DNA of 64,000 nucleotides from Nitrospirota bacterium (GCA_039715075.1 JBDLIC010000005.1:202-64201), one strand, 5' to 3'. Shown: positions 1 through 10,542, counted from the first letter of the stretch. Program-made: numbers and translations. The notes: generated from the sequence alone by a model not told the origin.

Positions 1-150
1 AGGGGGGGATACAGGTTGAGCAGTCAATCAGTTAATCCTTTTTTTTCTTGACAAAGAGACCGCTTTATGATTCAATTGAATCAATTGAATCAACAGGTGC
101 AATTGATTCAATTGAGCAGTATGAATGTCGGATAAAGCAAAGGAGAGTGA

Positions 151-339
151 ATGGCATATCACAGGGATTTAGACGGCAGCTTTGGACCGGAATCTGAACA
201 GTATCTTGAAATCTTCTCGGAATTTGATTTTGACGATTCCGTTGATGGCTGCGACTTCTTCTGCCCGGAATGCAGAGAGATACTGAAGTGCAGGACCTAT
301 GAAGAAATCAAGGACGAATGGGAAACTTTTTATATGTAA
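151..339 (+). CDS. small acidic Cys-rich hypothetical protein (CX3CX2CX5C)
   Basis: 62 aa; AAGGAG RBS upstream; motif CDFFCPECREILKC. Confidence 0.6.
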   Translation: MAYHRDLDGSFGPESEQYLEIFSEFDFDDSVDGCDFFCPECREILKCRTYEEIKDEWETFYM

Positions 340-422
340 TATATGTTTCTCATCCAGTCATCTTCAGCGTACCGGCTGTTTAATTGAAAACAGGTAACTA
401 GCCTGAAAAAGGGGGAGCTGAA

Positions 423-761
423 TTGAGTTTTTTACAAGAGTATCTTGAATTGTCTTTAAACGGGGTATTCCTGCAAACCATTCTTTCGAAATATCCGGAT
501 ACTGAGTATGCAGTGATGCTGATTCCTGCAGCAGTAATATTGATTATGACATGGTTATTCCTGATCCATTTACTGAAAGCAAGAGCGGTTTATACACCTG
601 ATTATGTTATGAAAATGGATAAACCTTTCTACATTAGTAAATCGGGGTGGAACAGTATTCTGGAAAAAGCCCGTTTCCACAAACTGGCCCATGATGAATT
701 TCCCGCTTATATCAGCTATAAAAAGCCATATTATTTTTCTGACAGAAAGATTGATTATTAA
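423..761 (+). CDS. hypothetical membrane protein
   Basis: 112 aa ORF, TTG start after GGGGAG, one hydrophobic stretch; no family recognised. Confidence 0.35.
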   Translation: MSFLQEYLELSLNGVFLQTILSKYPDTEYAVMLIPAAVILIMTWLFLIHLLKARAVYTPDYVMKMDKPFYISKSGWNSILEKARFHKLAHDEFPAYISYKKPYYFSDRKIDY

Positions 762-962
762 AATAGGGAAGTAAGGTTATTGATTTATATTTATAGAAGA
801 TTTTTTCTTTCATTTTTTGATAGTAATATCCTGAATTCAATAAAGAGGGAAATGTTGTGGTAAAAATACAACTGCCAATTATGGACAGTGCAACCAAAGA
901 AAAAATATTGAATGCTCTGATCACTTATTTTGTCGATAATAATTATAAATTGGGGGGATTAA

Positions 963-1169
963 ATGCAATATATAAGCTTTCAAGAAGCTATCGAAAATAT
1001 TGATTGGAATTTATTGGAACAACAGAAAAAGGCCCTTGAGCAACTACTTATTTCGGCGTTCGATTTAAAAATATCGAATATCCCTGAGAAAAGCCTCACA
1101 AGTTTATGGGGACTGATTGAGTTTATAGAGATAATGCAAGATATGCATACTGAGAAGATAAGTTGTTAA
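963..1169 (+). CDS. hypothetical protein
   Basis: 68 aa helical ORF with GGGGGA RBS-like sequence upstream. Confidence 0.4.
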   Translation: MQYISFQEAIENIDWNLLEQQKKALEQLLISAFDLKISNIPEKSLTSLWGLIEFIEIMQDMHTEKISC

Positions 1170-1283
1170 GGACGGGCTTGAAATGGTAAAGAACACACAC
1201 TATGATGACAATATGAGGCATGATGCGGTAAGAGATTGTTCACAGGTTTGACCTTATTCTAAAAAGAAAGGGATAGTCATAAT

Positions 1284-3797
1284 ATGAAATCTGCGCTAAT
1301 GGAAAAATCACGCTCTAATAAAAGAGCATCCAAGAAATCAAAATCCAAAAAAACAAAACCAATCAAACTGCGTGTACCGAGAACGCACAAGCCTGACAGC
1401 CTTGGTCTTGAGGAGTGGCAGCGGATTCTAAGGAAACAGTACGGAATACAGCAGAAATTTAAACTTGAAAACATAGGCGACCATCCCATCTTTTCGGAAT
1501 TTTTACTCTCCAATCCCGAATCGAAGAAGACGTATAAAATAGCCATTCGCGGTGACAACCACGGAAATAATTATTGCTCCTGCCCTGATTATAGGATAAA
1601 TAATCTCGGGACATGCAAGCATATCGAGTTTACCCTGTCCAGGCTGAAGAAGAAAAGGGGAGCAAAAAAGGCATTTAAAGAGGGGCATGTTCTGCCTTAT
1701 TCCGAGGTTTATTTAAGCTACGGCCTGAAAAGGGAAGTCAGGTTTAAGGCGGGGAAGGACGCTCCTGATAAACTGATTTCTCTTGCAAATACTTTTTTTG
1801 ATTCAAAGGGGATACTCAATGAAAAGCATCTTTTAAATTTCCCTCAGTTCCTCAACCGCCTGCCGCGAAATAACGGACATGAGGTTCGTTGTTACGACGA
1901 TGTAATGTCTTATATTGCAGAGCATCAGGATGTCGAGCACCGGCGCAGCATCATCAAAGCCCATATCAAAGACGGGATCAATAGTCCGGTTTTTAAGGAT
2001 ATTTTAAAAACCAAATTATACTCTTATCAGCGGGAAGGCGCCTTGTTTGCTGTGAATGCAGGGCGGTGCCTCATAGGTGATGATATGGGACTGGGAAAGA
2101 CAATCCAGGCCCTTGCAGCGTCCGAGTTGATGGCGAAATTATTTAACATACAGAAGGTATTGATCGTCTCCCCTACATCTCTGAAATACCAGTGGAAGAC
2201 GGAGATAGAAAAGTTCACCGGCAGGACAGTGCAGGTGATTGAGGGCCTCAACCACCAAAGGAAAGAAATATACGGAACAGAGTCCTTTTATAAGCTTGTC
2301 AACTATGAGCTGATCTTCAGGGATATAGATATGATACGGGAGTGGGCGCCTGACCTGATAATCCTCGATGAGGCACAGAGGATAAAAAACTGGAAGACCA
2401 GGACAGCGCAATATGTAAAACAACTGGAATCAACTTTTGCCATGGTGCTGACAGGCACTCCCATAGAAAACAGGATCGAGGAGCTGCATTCTATTGTGGA
2501 ATTTATCGACCGGCGCCATCTCGGCCCTTTATACGGCTTTGTCTATAACCACAGAATTACAGATGACGGTGGCAAGGTGATCGGATACCGGAACCTTCAG
2601 TCCGTCAAGAATTCACTGAAGAATGTTTTGATACGCAGGAAGAAGGACGAGGTACTGAAGCAGCTTCCGGAGCGGATAGATAAAAACTTCTTTGTCCCCA
2701 TGACAAAAGAGCAGAGTGTTATACATGATGAAAATTACGACATCGTGGTGAAATTAGTCGCCAAGTGGCGTCGCTATAAATTCCTCTGCGAGGCGGATCA
2801 ACGGAGGCTGCTGATCGCCCTTAATTATATGCGAATGGCTGCTGATAATACCTACCTGGTAGACAAGAAAACCATTCACGGCCCAAAGATCGAGGAGCTG
2901 GAAGTTGTCCTGAAAGAGTTGATTTTTGAAAGCGGAGAAAAGGTTGTTATCTTCAGCCAGTGGCTCAGGATGACGGAATTAGTAGAGCATGTCCTAAAGA
3001 GGAACAAGATCGGATATGTCCACTTAAACGGCAGTGTCCCTTCAAAACAGAGAAAAGGATTGATGTCGCAATTCAGGGAAGCCCCGGAGTGTAAGGTTTT
3101 CCTCTCCACAGACGCTGGCGGAGTTGGTTTAAACCTGCAAAGCGGATCGGTTGTGATCAATATGGACATCCCCTGGAACCCTGCTGTACTTGAGCAGCGC
3201 ATAGGCCGCGTACATAGGCTCGGCCAGCGCAGGAAAGTCTGCGTCATTAATTTTGTTACGTCATTGTCCATTGAGGAGAGAATTCTGGGCCTGTTGAAAT
3301 TTAAGAAATCAGTGTTTGCAGGCGCAATGGACCGGGACGGTGAAGATGTTGTCATGGTAGGCGAGTCCCAGCTTAAAAAGATTATGAAGACAGTAGAAAC
3401 AGTCACGGATAATCTGGAGAAAACTGATCCCGCACTTGAGAGGCAGCAAGCAAGAGAAGCGGAGCAGGATATTGAAGCAGCCGACAGGAAAGATGTAACA
3501 GAAGGGAAAGGCGTTAAACCGGCATCTAAAGAGAAAGGGAATGGAAACGGGCGGGACGCTCTGAATAATCTTCTCATCAGCGGTGCCCAATTCCTGACAA
3601 ATCTAAGCAAAACCATCTCACAGCCGGAGCAGTCAGCTGAAAATTATATGAACAGCATGATCAGCAGGGATACGGATACAGGAAAGGCATATCTGAAAAT
3701 ACCTCTTCCGGAAACGGACGTTGTGAAAAATATATTCTCAGCATTAGATGAATTGATTTCAAATTCTAAAAGGGGAGACCTAAGTAGTCATGAATGA
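1284..3797 (+). CDS. SNF2-family helicase/ATPase with N-terminal SWIM zinc finger
   Basis: SWIM CSCPD...CKH; Walker A DDMGLGKT; DEAQ; LTGTP; GLNL; QRIGRVHRLGQ. Confidence 0.92.
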   Translation: MKSALMEKSRSNKRASKKSKSKKTKPIKLRVPRTHKPDSLGLEEWQRILRKQYGIQQKFKLENIGDHPIFSEFLLSNPESKKTYKIAIRGDNHGNNYCSCPDYRINNLGTCKHIEFTLSRLKKKRGAKKAFKEGHVLPYSEVYLSYGLKREVRFKAGKDAPDKLISLANTFFDSKGILNEKHLLNFPQFLNRLPRNNGHEVRCYDDVMSYIAEHQDVEHRRSIIKAHIKDGINSPVFKDILKTKLYSYQREGALFAVNAGRCLIGDDMGLGKTIQALAASELMAKLFNIQKVLIVSPTSLKYQWKTEIEKFTGRTVQVIEGLNHQRKEIYGTESFYKLVNYELIFRDIDMIREWAPDLIILDEAQRIKNWKTRTAQYVKQLESTFAMVLTGTPIENRIEELHSIVEFIDRRHLGPLYGFVYNHRITDDGGKVIGYRNLQSVKNSLKNVLIRRKKDEVLKQLPERIDKNFFVPMTKEQSVIHDENYDIVVKLVAKWRRYKFLCEADQRRLLIALNYMRMAADNTYLVDKKTIHGPKIEELEVVLKELIFESGEKVVIFSQWLRMTELVEHVLKRNKIGYVHLNGSVPSKQRKGLMSQFREAPECKVFLSTDAGGVGLNLQSGSVVINMDIPWNPAVLEQRIGRVHRLGQRRKVCVINFVTSLSIEERILGLLKFKKSVFAGAMDRDGEDVVMVGESQLKKIMKTVETVTDNLEKTDPALERQQAREAEQDIEAADRKDVTEGKGVKPASKEKGNGNGRDALNNLLISGAQFLTNLSKTISQPEQSAENYMNSMISRDTDTGKAYLKIPLPETDVVKNIFSALDELISNSKRGDLSSHE

Positions 3798-3847
3798 TGA
3801 ATGTATACATAATGTTCATTACAGTTTTTCAATAATGCATGTGAACT

Positions 3848-4408
3848 ATGACAATCTACAATCTTTATGAAATATTAAAAGAAGAACTGAAAAACGGATC
3901 GAGCGACCTTGTTACGAGGCCGTCAGGGCAGGTTATACGTGAGAGGATTGAGCGTGATGTGGAGCAGGAGAAGGACGGTACGGTCGTGGCCCTTGATTTC
4001 TTAAATATCGGGGTTGTTGATTATTCCTGTGCAGACGAAATTGTGGCAAAGCTTGTGTCCCGGCTCCTGAGCAATGAGTATGGAGATAAATACCTGATGC
4101 TTACAGGACTGAATGAGAATCAGAGGGAGAATATAGAGGTGGCCCTTGAGAGGAAGGACCTGCCTGTCATGGCGGAAATGAGAAATGGTGAAAGGGTCCT
4201 GATTGGCAACCTGAATAATTACCTGAAAGAGACCCTTGAGCTCGTTGAGGAAGAGGACAGTATTACGGCGAAATACCTTTCGGAGGTCAAGAAACTAGGC
4301 GCCAATACAAGCGGTACGAGACTTTTAAATCTTCATAAAAAAAGGCTCGTTATCAGAAATGATGAACAGGGTGAGGGCGGAAGGGTGCTGGTGTATAAAC
4401 GGATATGA
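3848..4408 (+). CDS. STAS-like domain plus C-terminal winged-helix protein
   Basis: LDFLNIGVVDYSCADE resembles the STAS/anti-anti-sigma motif; C-terminal ITAKYLSE...SGTRLLNLHKKRLV resembles wHTH; ATGA overlap with next gene. Confidence 0.6.
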   Translation: MTIYNLYEILKEELKNGSSDLVTRPSGQVIRERIERDVEQEKDGTVVALDFLNIGVVDYSCADEIVAKLVSRLLSNEYGDKYLMLTGLNENQRENIEVALERKDLPVMAEMRNGERVLIGNLNNYLKETLELVEEEDSITAKYLSEVKKLGANTSGTRLLNLHKKRLVIRNDEQGEGGRVLVYKRI

Positions 4409-6276
4409 TAACCGGAACCGGTGATTTGACAGGGGCGTTTGATATCCTTAAAAATGAACTGCCCGGTTACGAAAACAGGCCGCAGCAGATCAGGATGGCA
4501 GAAGAAGTTTTAGCCTCTTTTAAAAGCAGGGACAGGCTTCTTGTTGAGGCGGGGACCGGGGTCGGGAAATCATTTGCCTATCTTGTGCCGGCCATACTGT
4601 CTCATGAAAAGACCGTGATATCTACGGCATCTATTGCTCTTCAGGACCAGCTCGTAAATAAAGACCTCGAATTTCTGAAAAAGGTTCTGGCGGAGAAAAT
4701 CACATTTGATATTCTTAAGGGCAAAAACAATTATCTCTGTCTGAAAAGAGAAAGAGAATTTCAGCCCGACCTCGACGAGTCTTACGAGAGCTTTGTTGAA
4801 TGGGTGTCTGACACTGAAACGGGTGATCGGGATGAACTGCACTTTATACCTGATTTCTGGTCGAGAGTCTGTGGTGATTCGGACGACTGCAGTGCCGGCC
4901 GCTGTCCTTTCTACAACGAATGTTTTTACTATTCTCATTACAAGGCCCTTTTTGAAAAGGACATCATTGTCGTTAACCACCACATTCTCGTGTATGACAT
5001 GCTTTCGGACTATCATCTCCTTCCGTTTCATTCACAGTTGATCGTGGATGAGGCCCAGCAGCTTGAAAATGTAATATCTCACGCTGCCGGCAGCATATTA
5101 AATTATTCCCGCGTTATGTGGCTGCTGTACCGCCTTAAGGGATTCAAGATAGCCGTTGATCACCTATTTGATTCTGTGGAATCCTTTTTCAGGAGAGTGG
5201 ACATTCCGTTACGGTCTGTCAGTCCGGTCCCTGATGCGATTGTCGAGGAGTTGAGTGACCTGGGTGAAAAACTTGCCCTTGAAAAAGTTCTTCAAAGGCT
5301 GAGTTCCAGTAAGGAGTCATTTACGGATGACGAGGCTCAGGACAGGGCTGAAACCACTATTAATTATGTTAAGGCTCTTGATTTTGTAATAAATGATTTT
5401 ATTGATCAGGAAGATGAAGACCGGGTTTATTATGTGACCGGCAGCAGGAAGTTTATGGATCTAAGGAGCAGTCTTGTAGAGTCCCGCTCTCTCTTCAATC
5501 AGATGGCCGGAGCTTATGAAAGCATTGTTATGACATCTGCGACATTGACGTCCGGCGGGGGCTTTGAATTTATAAAGGAGAGGCTGGGCATTGCGGATTT
5601 CAGGGAAGTGGTCGTGGATTCACCATTTGATTTTAAAAAGCAGGCACTCCTGTATATCGACACAGAACTGCCTTCGCCTGTGAGGGAGAACAGCGGGGAC
5701 TTTTATAAAAAGAGCATTAAGGCGATAGAGGGGCTTGTGAATGCTTCGAAGGGAAGGGCGCTTGTACTGTTCACCTCCTACAACCATCTCCGCTTCGTAT
5801 CGGAGAATATGGAGATTGATTATCCATGCAAATCCCAGGGTGATATGCCGCCGTCAAAGATTATAAAATGGTTTAAGAAAACTCCCAATCCGGTATTGCT
5901 GGCAACATCAACATTCTGGCAGGGGATTGATATTAAAGGGGAGAAGCTTAGTATGGTCATTATCGTGAAAATGCCCTTTGGCTCTCCCGGCGATCCGGTT
6001 TATGATGAGAGATGCAGACGGCTCGGTGAGTTATGGTTTTCCGCCCTGGCCCTGCCTTCCGCCATACTTCAGCTCAGGCAGGGATTCGGGAGGCTTATCA
6101 GGGGGACCGATGACCGCGGCGTCATTGCGATCCTGGATACACGTCTTGTCCGGAGTTCATATGGAAGGTCCATTGTCTCTTCCATGCCTAAAATGAATAT
6201 TGTGCATAAGAAAGAGGATGTACAGCAATTTTTTAATGAAATTCAGGAGGATGCCCCTGCAATTAATTATAGATAA
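4405..6276 (+). CDS. DinG/YoaA-family ATP-dependent DNA helicase with Fe-S cluster
   Basis: Q motif ENRPQQ, EAGTGVGKS, Cys cluster (YLC...C...C...CPF...C), DEA, SATL, QGFGRLIR. Confidence 0.92.
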   Translation: MITGTGDLTGAFDILKNELPGYENRPQQIRMAEEVLASFKSRDRLLVEAGTGVGKSFAYLVPAILSHEKTVISTASIALQDQLVNKDLEFLKKVLAEKITFDILKGKNNYLCLKREREFQPDLDESYESFVEWVSDTETGDRDELHFIPDFWSRVCGDSDDCSAGRCPFYNECFYYSHYKALFEKDIIVVNHHILVYDMLSDYHLLPFHSQLIVDEAQQLENVISHAAGSILNYSRVMWLLYRLKGFKIAVDHLFDSVESFFRRVDIPLRSVSPVPDAIVEELSDLGEKLALEKVLQRLSSSKESFTDDEAQDRAETTINYVKALDFVINDFIDQEDEDRVYYVTGSRKFMDLRSSLVESRSLFNQMAGAYESIVMTSATLTSGGGFEFIKERLGIADFREVVVDSPFDFKKQALLYIDTELPSPVRENSGDFYKKSIKAIEGLVNASKGRALVLFTSYNHLRFVSENMEIDYPCKSQGDMPPSKIIKWFKKTPNPVLLATSTFWQGIDIKGEKLSMVIIVKMPFGSPGDPVYDERCRRLGELWFSALALPSAILQLRQGFGRLIRGTDDRGVIAILDTRLVRSSYGRSIVSSMPKMNIVHKKEDVQQFFNEIQEDAPAINYR

Positions 6277-6345
6277 CCATCAAAAAAAAAGTTATAATGT
6301 ATCGCTGAAAAAAAATTAATTACAGGAACTTCAGGAGGATATTAA

Positions 6346-6810
6346 ATGTTTCTTTATCTCATGCAGCACGCGGAAGCTCTTAGTAAAGAGGAAGATCCAT
6401 CACGTAGTTTATCTGAAAAGGGTATTAAGGATGCTAAAAAAATCGCATCTTTTTCGAGGGGTCTGAATATAGCACCTCACCAGATCTTTCACAGCGGAAA
6501 AATGAGGGCCCTCCAGACAGCCCAGCTGATGACAGATCGTGTTAATGCTGATATGGGTGTGCTGGAGTCAGATGGTCTGGCCCCTATGGATGACCCGGAA
6601 ATGTGGTTTGGAAGGCTCAGCAAAATGGATGAGGATATTTTGATTGTGGGACACCTGCCGTATCTGAGCAAACTGGCGTCACTGCTTCTCTGCCGTGATA
6701 AGGAAAGCAGTTTAATAAATTTTGAAATGGGAAGTATCGTCTGTCTTAAGAAGATGGAAGAGTTTAAATGGATGGTAGAATGGATGATGAAACCGGGGAT
6801 GCTTAGGTAA
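6346..6810 (+). CDS. sixA: phosphohistidine phosphatase SixA
   Basis: LYLMQHAEA, RSLSEKG, RALQTA, VGHLPYL. Confidence 0.9.
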   Translation: MFLYLMQHAEALSKEEDPSRSLSEKGIKDAKKIASFSRGLNIAPHQIFHSGKMRALQTAQLMTDRVNADMGVLESDGLAPMDDPEMWFGRLSKMDEDILIVGHLPYLSKLASLLLCRDKESSLINFEMGSIVCLKKMEEFKWMVEWMMKPGMLR

Positions 6811-6812
6811 AC

Positions 6813-8120
6813 ATGGATATGAACGTAGGGTTTCTGATATCGGGACTTTTAATAGGAAGTATACTGTCAGCTTTTACCGTCTACTACATGCTCTCAAAGA
6901 GATCTGCCGCGCTTGAGGGGAGAGCAACGGGTGCGGAGGCGGTTAAGGATGAACTGAGACAGCAGGTTGAACAATTGAAGCAGGAACTGTCCGAGGCTCA
7001 AAGTGACTTCATGAATGAATCCGAAATGAGAGCAGCGGTTGAGGCGAGGTACCATGAAAGTGAAAAAAACCTCCAGTCAATGGAAAAACAGTTAATTGAT
7101 AAATTCAGCACAATATCGTTAGAAGCGCTTTCAAAAAATTCTTCCGAATTCATAAAACTTGCAGAAAAAACATTGAAGTCCCAGACCGTTGAAGGGACAA
7201 AAGAACTTGAAGGCAAGAAAGACCTTATTGAAAAAAGTCTCAGTGAGATGGACAAGACACTGACAGAGGTGAAGCAGAGGGTGGAAGATGTAAGCAAAGG
7301 AAACATAAAGGTCTCCTCCCTTGTAGAGAACCATGAAAAACTCACATCCAGACTCATGGATACAACTGATCATCTTACACAGGCCCTTGCGAGCTCAAAG
7401 AAAAGGGGTGAGTGGGGCGAGCGCATGGCAGAGGACATTATTAATCTTGTCGGGATGATAGAAGGAGTCAATTATGTCAAGCAAAAGACTCTGGAAGGCT
7501 CATCAGGCAGGCCTGATTATACATTTTTAATGCCGAACAATTTAAAGCTGAACATGGACGTGAAGTTCCCGCTTGATAACTACATTAACTACCTGAATGC
7601 AGATTCGGAGAATGACAGGAAACGTTATAAGGATGAACTTCTTAAAAGTACGAGGTCAATGATCAGGGATGTAACCGGCCGGGAGTATATTAACCCTGCA
7701 GACAACACTGTAGATTATGTTCTTGTCTTTATCCCGAATGAACAGGTATACGGTTTTATTAATGAAAGTGATGCAACTATAATGGATGAGGCATTAACGC
7801 GGAAGGTTGTTCTATGTTCGCCTTTTACGCTGTATGCGGTCCTGGCAGTTGTCAGGCAGTCAATAGAGAATTTCAATCTGGATCAGGCCACTGCTGAAAT
7901 GCAGAAACTGCTTGGTAATTTCTACAAACAGTGGGACCTTTACAAGAAAAGCTTCGATAATATGGGCAAAAAACTTGATGAAGCCAAAAGAGAATATGAG
8001 GCGCTTGTTACAACACGCACTAACAAGCTGGAAGTCCCGCTCAGGAAGATTGAAGACTTAAGGAAACAGAAGTCTATAGAATTAAATTCAGATAATAACG
8101 AGACATCTATGCTTGAATAA
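6813..8120 (+). CDS. rmuC: DNA recombination protein RmuC
   Basis: N-terminal TM helix, coiled coil, RGEWGE, RPD, DVKFP, FIPNE. Confidence 0.9.
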   Translation: MDMNVGFLISGLLIGSILSAFTVYYMLSKRSAALEGRATGAEAVKDELRQQVEQLKQELSEAQSDFMNESEMRAAVEARYHESEKNLQSMEKQLIDKFSTISLEALSKNSSEFIKLAEKTLKSQTVEGTKELEGKKDLIEKSLSEMDKTLTEVKQRVEDVSKGNIKVSSLVENHEKLTSRLMDTTDHLTQALASSKKRGEWGERMAEDIINLVGMIEGVNYVKQKTLEGSSGRPDYTFLMPNNLKLNMDVKFPLDNYINYLNADSENDRKRYKDELLKSTRSMIRDVTGREYINPADNTVDYVLVFIPNEQVYGFINESDATIMDEALTRKVVLCSPFTLYAVLAVVRQSIENFNLDQATAEMQKLLGNFYKQWDLYKKSFDNMGKKLDEAKREYEALVTTRTNKLEVPLRKIEDLRKQKSIELNSDNNETSMLE

Positions 8121-8154
8121 CTTTTTTTTAAACTTCTAATTAAAGGAGGACATC

Positions 8155-8436
8155 ATGTCAACAAAATTAAGTCATGAAGAGTTTATAAAAAAGGCGATCG
8201 TCAGTCTCAGGAAGGACAACTACAAGGGGATTCACACTGTGTATTCCGGATTCAATAATGCCTTTAAGAAGTATTATGATGGTGAAAACCCGATCGATGT
8301 TACGAATAAACTTGCCGGAGAAGGAAAGATTGTGATCAGGCCTGTTAAGGGCGGGGTGATGCTTTATCTCCCTGAAGATGCGCCTCAGAGCAAGAATGCA
8401 GGTGACGATGCATTAAAGAAGATGGGCCTGGAGTAA
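8155..8436 (+). CDS. conserved-looking small hypothetical protein
   Basis: 93 aa, AGGAGG RBS, motif KGIHTVYSGFN. Confidence 0.75.
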   Translation: MSTKLSHEEFIKKAIVSLRKDNYKGIHTVYSGFNNAFKKYYDGENPIDVTNKLAGEGKIVIRPVKGGVMLYLPEDAPQSKNAGDDALKKMGLE

Positions 8437-8584
8437 AGGCTTAAAGGGCAGCAGGAAAATTACTTCTGAATTAAAACCTTTTTCCCAGTGCCATATGAAT
8501 GAATAACACATAAGATTTTCGCCGTAATTGAGTTTGTCTATAAATTTGTTAGCCGAATCCGATGGCTGGTTTTAATAATATCCC

Positions 8585-9613
8585 ATGACAATTCGTGAAC
8601 AGACAGAAAAGATCGAAAAGAGCACCTTTCATCCTAATGCATGCTTCAGTTTTAAAAGCAGGGGCAGGCAAAAAAGGGAAAGGCAGGATGAAATAAGGAC
8701 ATGCTTCCAGAGAGACAGGGACAGGGTCATCCATTCAAAGGCCTTCAGACGGCTCAAGCACAAGACGCAGGTCTTTCTTGCGCCCAAGGGGGACCACTAC
8801 AGGACCCGCCTGACCCACACTCTCGAGGTTTCACAGATTGCAAGGACAATTGCAAAAGCACTCAGGCTCAATGAGGACCTGACAGAGGCAATAGCCCTTG
8901 GCCACGATCTTGGCCATACACCCTTCGGTCATGCGGGAGAAGAGGTTCTTCGAGAGATCTATCCCGGTGGTTTTGAACACTACAATCAGAGTCTGAGGGT
9001 TGTGGATAAACTCGAGAAGAGCGGCCGCGGGCTTAATCTTACAGCAGAAGTCAGAGAAGGAATTGTCAAGCATTCAAAGGGGAAAGGGAAGATCTTTTCT
9101 TCAAAAAAGAGGAGTGAAACCCTGGAGGGACAGATAGTCAGGATTTCGGACATTATCGCGTATGTTAATCATGATCTGGATGATGCGATTCGTGCGGGTG
9201 TGCTTAAACGTTCAGAAATTCCCCCGGAGTTTTTTAAAGCCGGTGACAGGCAGTCAAAGAGGATTGATGCAATGGTTAAGAATGTTATATACAGTTCTGC
9301 TTCGTCCGGTCTGGATGAAATCCTGATGAGCAATGAAATGAAAGAAATTACGGCTGCCTTGAGAGACTTCCTTTATAACAACGTATATGAGGGTGCGGTA
9401 TCAAAAAGGGAGTTTAAGAAAGCGAGAAAAATTCTTATAGATCTGTATGATTACTACATGCAGCATCCGGAAAAAGTTTTTAAGGAATTTTCTAAAGATT
9501 CGGGCGATGAAAAAGACAGAATGGTATGTGATTTTATTGCCGGAATGACCGACAGGTTTGCAATAATGATGTACGAGCAGAACTTTCTCCCCCAGCCGTG
9601 GCTGGTGTATTAA
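8585..9613 (+). CDS. dgt: dGTP triphosphohydrolase-like HD-domain protein
   Basis: [41 protein letters not shown]. Confidence 0.93.
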   Translation: MTIREQTEKIEKSTFHPNACFSFKSRGRQKRERQDEIRTCFQRDRDRVIHSKAFRRLKHKTQVFLAPKGDHYRTRLTHTLEVSQIARTIAKALRLNEDLTEAIALGHDLGHTPFGHAGEEVLREIYPGGFEHYNQSLRVVDKLEKSGRGLNLTAEVREGIVKHSKGKGKIFSSKKRSETLEGQIVRISDIIAYVNHDLDDAIRAGVLKRSEIPPEFFKAGDRQSKRIDAMVKNVIYSSASSGLDEILMSNEMKEITAALRDFLYNNVYEGAVSKREFKKARKILIDLYDYYMQHPEKVFKEFSKDSGDEKDRMVCDFIAGMTDRFAIMMYEQNFLPQPWLVY

Positions 9614-9620
9614 ATAAAAA

Positions 9621-9719
9621 AGTTGTCAGTTATCAGTTGTCAGTCATCAGCCAAAGAAGGAATACAGATATCACTCTGATCTTTTCTTCCTGACAACTGC
9701 CCCCTGATAACTGACAACT
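9621..9719. repeat. inverted pair of heptamer tandem arrays (AGTTGTC-type / CTGACAA-type)
   Basis: AGTTGTC AGTTATC AGTTGTC AGTCATC at 9621-9648; CTGACAA CTGCCCC CTGATAA CTGACAA at 9690-9717. Confidence 0.8.
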
Positions 9720-9861
9720 TTAAATAAATTTGATTAACAAGTCTGATTCTATTTGCTTTTCTGAATAATCCATAATTTGCATATATTTTCAGGAATTTAG
9801 CCTGATTTTTGATAAATATACGGTTTTTTCGGGAAAAACAGGTTTTTTTTAATAATTGGTC

Positions 9862-9890
9862 TTGACAACGGGGCTATGTCCTCTTATAAT
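9862..9890 (+). promoter_or_regulatory. sigma70 promoter of ihfA
   Basis: perfect TTGACA-N17-TATAAT. Confidence 0.85.
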
Positions 9891-9916
9891 TTAAAAAAAA
9901 TGATAGGAGGGTAGTT

Positions 9917-10195
9917 ATGACAAAAGCGGACCTGGCTGACAGGCTATATGAGAAAATTGGTCTCCCCAAGAAAGAGGCCACTGCAATTGTAGAGACACTT
10001 TTTGATTCCATGAAAAATATCCTCTCCGAAGGCGAATCAATAAAGATAACCGGATTCGGTACGTTCCTCGTAAGGAAAAAAAGCGCGCGTAAAGGCAGAA
10101 ATCCGAAAACCGGCGATGAGCTGGAGATCGAACAGAGAAGGGTAGTCACTTTCAAGCCTAGTCTGCAATTTAAAGATATTGTTGAGAAGGTATAA
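9917..10195 (+). CDS. ihfA: integration host factor subunit alpha (HU/IHF family)
   Basis: MTKADL...GFGTF...RKGRNPKTG...VTFKPS; canonical ihfA-merR-tRNAPro context. Confidence 0.88.
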   Translation: MTKADLADRLYEKIGLPKKEATAIVETLFDSMKNILSEGESIKITGFGTFLVRKKSARKGRNPKTGDELEIEQRRVVTFKPSLQFKDIVEKV

Positions 10196-10200
10196 ATCCA

Positions 10201-10542
10201 ATGAGGTCTTCACCTCGAAAAAAGGTAAGCTCGGATAGACTCTTTTACCGGATCGGAGAAATAAGCGAAGTCGCAGACATAGAGTCCCATGTTTTGAGGT
10301 ACTGGGAATCTGAATTTCCTTTTCTTAAACCCAGAAAAAACAAAACAGGACAGCGTGTGTATACCAGAAAAGATCTGGAGCTTGTCCTGAAGATAAAAAA
10401 CCTGCTTTATAAGGAAAAATATACAATTGCAGGTGTCAGGAAAAAATTCGGAGGAAATTCTGCAAGTAAAAACACTGTTTCCATCCAGACCATTAAGGGA
10501 GTCAGGAAGAAACTTAAAGAAATACTTAATACCCTGAAATAG
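10201..10542 (+). CDS. MerR-family transcriptional regulator
   Basis: YRIGEISE...HVLRYWESEF...GQRVYT; downstream of ihfA. Confidence 0.9.
   Translation: MRSSPRKKVSSDRLFYRIGEISEVADIESHVLRYWESEFPFLKPRKNKTGQRVYTRKDLELVLKIKNLLYKEKYTIAGVRKKFGGNSASKNTVSIQTIKGVRKKLKEILNTLK

Noticed and set aside
151-339. Radical SAM enzyme
   Set aside because: Only 62 aa with no TIM-barrel region; motif spacing alone is insufficient
2876-3616. Long antisense ORFs (also 54899-55606 and 62210-62824)
   Set aside because: Shadows of well-supported genes on the opposite strand with no recognisable motifs
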